Assembly (NCBI RefSeq): GCF_055900595.2
Contig: NZ_CM148325.1
Reading direction: 5' to 3' (one strand)
Length of the DNA stretch: 64,000 nt
Positions 62,612-64,000 of the stretch are shown here, piece by piece. The notes below the pieces were generated by a model. That model worked only from the letters and a program-made list of their open reading frames with translations. It did no database searches and was not told where the DNA came from. Positions within the stretch are counted from its first letter, which is position 1, and every line of letters starts with the position of its first letter. Position numbers and translations under genes: made by a program.

Positions 62612-63727
62612 TTAATGACGATCAGGAAGGTCTGGCGTTTTGGTGGCTGATGGTAAAGGTGGCCTCACAGGGGAACGAGGCCTGTTGTCCAGTAGTTCTT
62701 CGTTACTAATTTTGGGCGGAATTTCATTTTTTACAAAAAGTTTTAAAATCTTGCGTGCCATACGATGGATACTTTTATCTTCACTTAATAATGCCGGTAT
62801 CAACACATCATTCAGGTCATTTTCATTAGGTTTCATAAAAATTTGAAAGTGCAATAACATATTTGTAAAAAATAAGAATAGACTCTGAAAGTGAGGTATT
62901 TCTTTGTTTGATAAAAGCGATAAAAAGCAGATACAAACTTCAGGTAGTACTTGTTTGTTAGAACCTAATGAATCCATGAGGTTTTGTAATAACTCCTCTT
63001 TTAATGGGTTATCCTTTATGTCGTAGATGGCGGTGATTAAGTTTGGGTTTTTATTCGCGAACCACCTGTGGACCTGCGGCTTATTCCATAGTCGTGGGAG
63101 TATGACAAAATTACCACGAGAGATAAAGTTCAGTACGAATAAATCAAACTGACGTAAGTAATCTGCAGCGGTATGATGCTCAGGAGGAAGAGGTTCAATA
63201 TGTGGAGTATGAGACCTTTTGATGGGGACGCCGGGGCTGATCATTGGAAATTGTTCAATAAAGTCATTAAGAAACAGAAAGAGCACACGCTCGACGCCGG
63301 TCTGAAAGGCCCGACCCATAGTGACAGGCTTTGGGTCGGGAGCACAATAAATATTAATTTCCCCATCGTGGCGAAAATTATCTAAATAAATAGGGCTTAA
63401 ATTTATTACTACCTGAAATTCAATGTTTTCTTTATGTCTTCCATTCTTAACAGGATAAGTGAGTTTAAATTGAACCTTTTCATTGTATAGCGTGTCGTTA
63501 TCTCGGAAAGTTGTCCTCTGTATATAAGATAGGTTATCAAGATTATTGAATATCTTTTTGGTGTTTGAATTGATGTTTAAAGACGTACGCCACTCCTCAT
63601 CACATATTATAATGCTGAGCGCATCAATAAAATCCTTCAAAACTTCTTTTACCTGAGGTGCAATATTGCGAACGGGAAAATCATCAGGAAGTGAGATGAA
63701 ATTGCTGATGCTTACTGGCGTAACCAT
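62612..63727 (-). CDS. yneK: Uncharacterised protein (YneK-like)
   Basis: 371-aa ORF in AT-rich DNA; position next to ydeA matches yneK. Confidence 0.7.
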   Translation of the reverse strand: MVTPVSISNFISLPDDFPVRNIAPQVKEVLKDFIDALSIIICDEEWRTSLNINSNTKKIFNNLDNLSYIQRTTFRDNDTLYNEKVQFKLTYPVKNGRHKENIEFQVVINLSPIYLDNFRHDGEINIYCAPDPKPVTMGRAFQTGVERVLFLFLNDFIEQFPMISPGVPIKRSHTPHIEPLPPEHHTAADYLRQFDLFVLNFISRGNFVILPRLWNKPQVHRWFANKNPNLITAIYDIKDNPLKEELLQNLMDSLGSNKQVLPEVCICFLSLLSNKEIPHFQSLFLFFTNMLLHFQIFMKPNENDLNDVLIPALLSEDKSIHRMARKILKLFVKNEIPPKISNEELLDNRPRSPVRPPLPSATKTPDLPDRH

Positions 63728-63804
63728 ATTTGCCCCATATAGTCATAAGTCATCGGAACATCACTATATAGAGCATATGAGCTGCAAGAACTATCAAAAA
63801 TAGC

Positions 63805-64000
63805 TCATTGGGAAGACTGTTTTGCTGAGTCAGGCACATCGAGCAGTTGAATAAACGCTTCAAGAGGACGCGTTTTCGCACCGCGACGCCAGACCAGCCA
63901 GGTTGTTAACCAACGCCATTGCTCAGCCAACGGCCACGCTTCAACCTGGTGATGCCCCGGCATACTTTCCAGCATTGAGCGTGGGATAAGTGCAATGCCC
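63805..64000 (-). CDS. yneJ: LysR-family regulator, C-terminal part (gene starts beyond the window end)
   Basis: Minus-strand frame open to the window edge, ending ...[27 protein letters not shown]. Confidence 0.6.
   Translation of the reverse strand, partial: GIALIPRSMLESMPGHHQVEAWPLAEQWRWLTTWLVWRRGAKTRPLEAFIQLLDVPDSAKQSSQ

Overview
The window holds about 47 kb of a lambdoid, Qin-like prophage (1 to ~47200) followed by about 17 kb of Escherichia coli-type chromosome (ydfJ through the marRAB locus to yneJ). All calls rest on reading the six-frame translations and the DNA by eye against remembered protein families; no database search was run. The prophage runs from an integrase/excisionase/exonuclease block and a DicF-DicB-YdfD division-inhibition module, through a CI/Cro/CII-like immunity region and a replication gene with internal iterons, into an accessory island, then a Q antiterminator, moron genes, a phage-21-type lysis cassette, cold-shock morons, terminase, and lambda-like head and tail genes ending at an IS200 insertion, side tail fibre, Pin invertase and ydfK. 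The prophage interrupts ydfJ at its right end; its left end lies outside the window. The strongest candidate for an undescribed system is a translationally coupled two-gene cassette at 10203-11959: a 204-aa protein with no recognisable domain plus an HTH_XRE-ImmA/IrrE metallopeptidase fusion, with a possible own promoter and an intrinsic terminator on each side, next to a hok/mok locus. Other points worth a second look are an apparent frameshift in the tail tape measure gene, an opposite-strand coding conflict at 4373-4990, an antisense gene inside the lysis cassette, and a moron cluster (lipocalin, TudS-like DUF523/DUF1722, AraC-family regulator) between Q and the holin.
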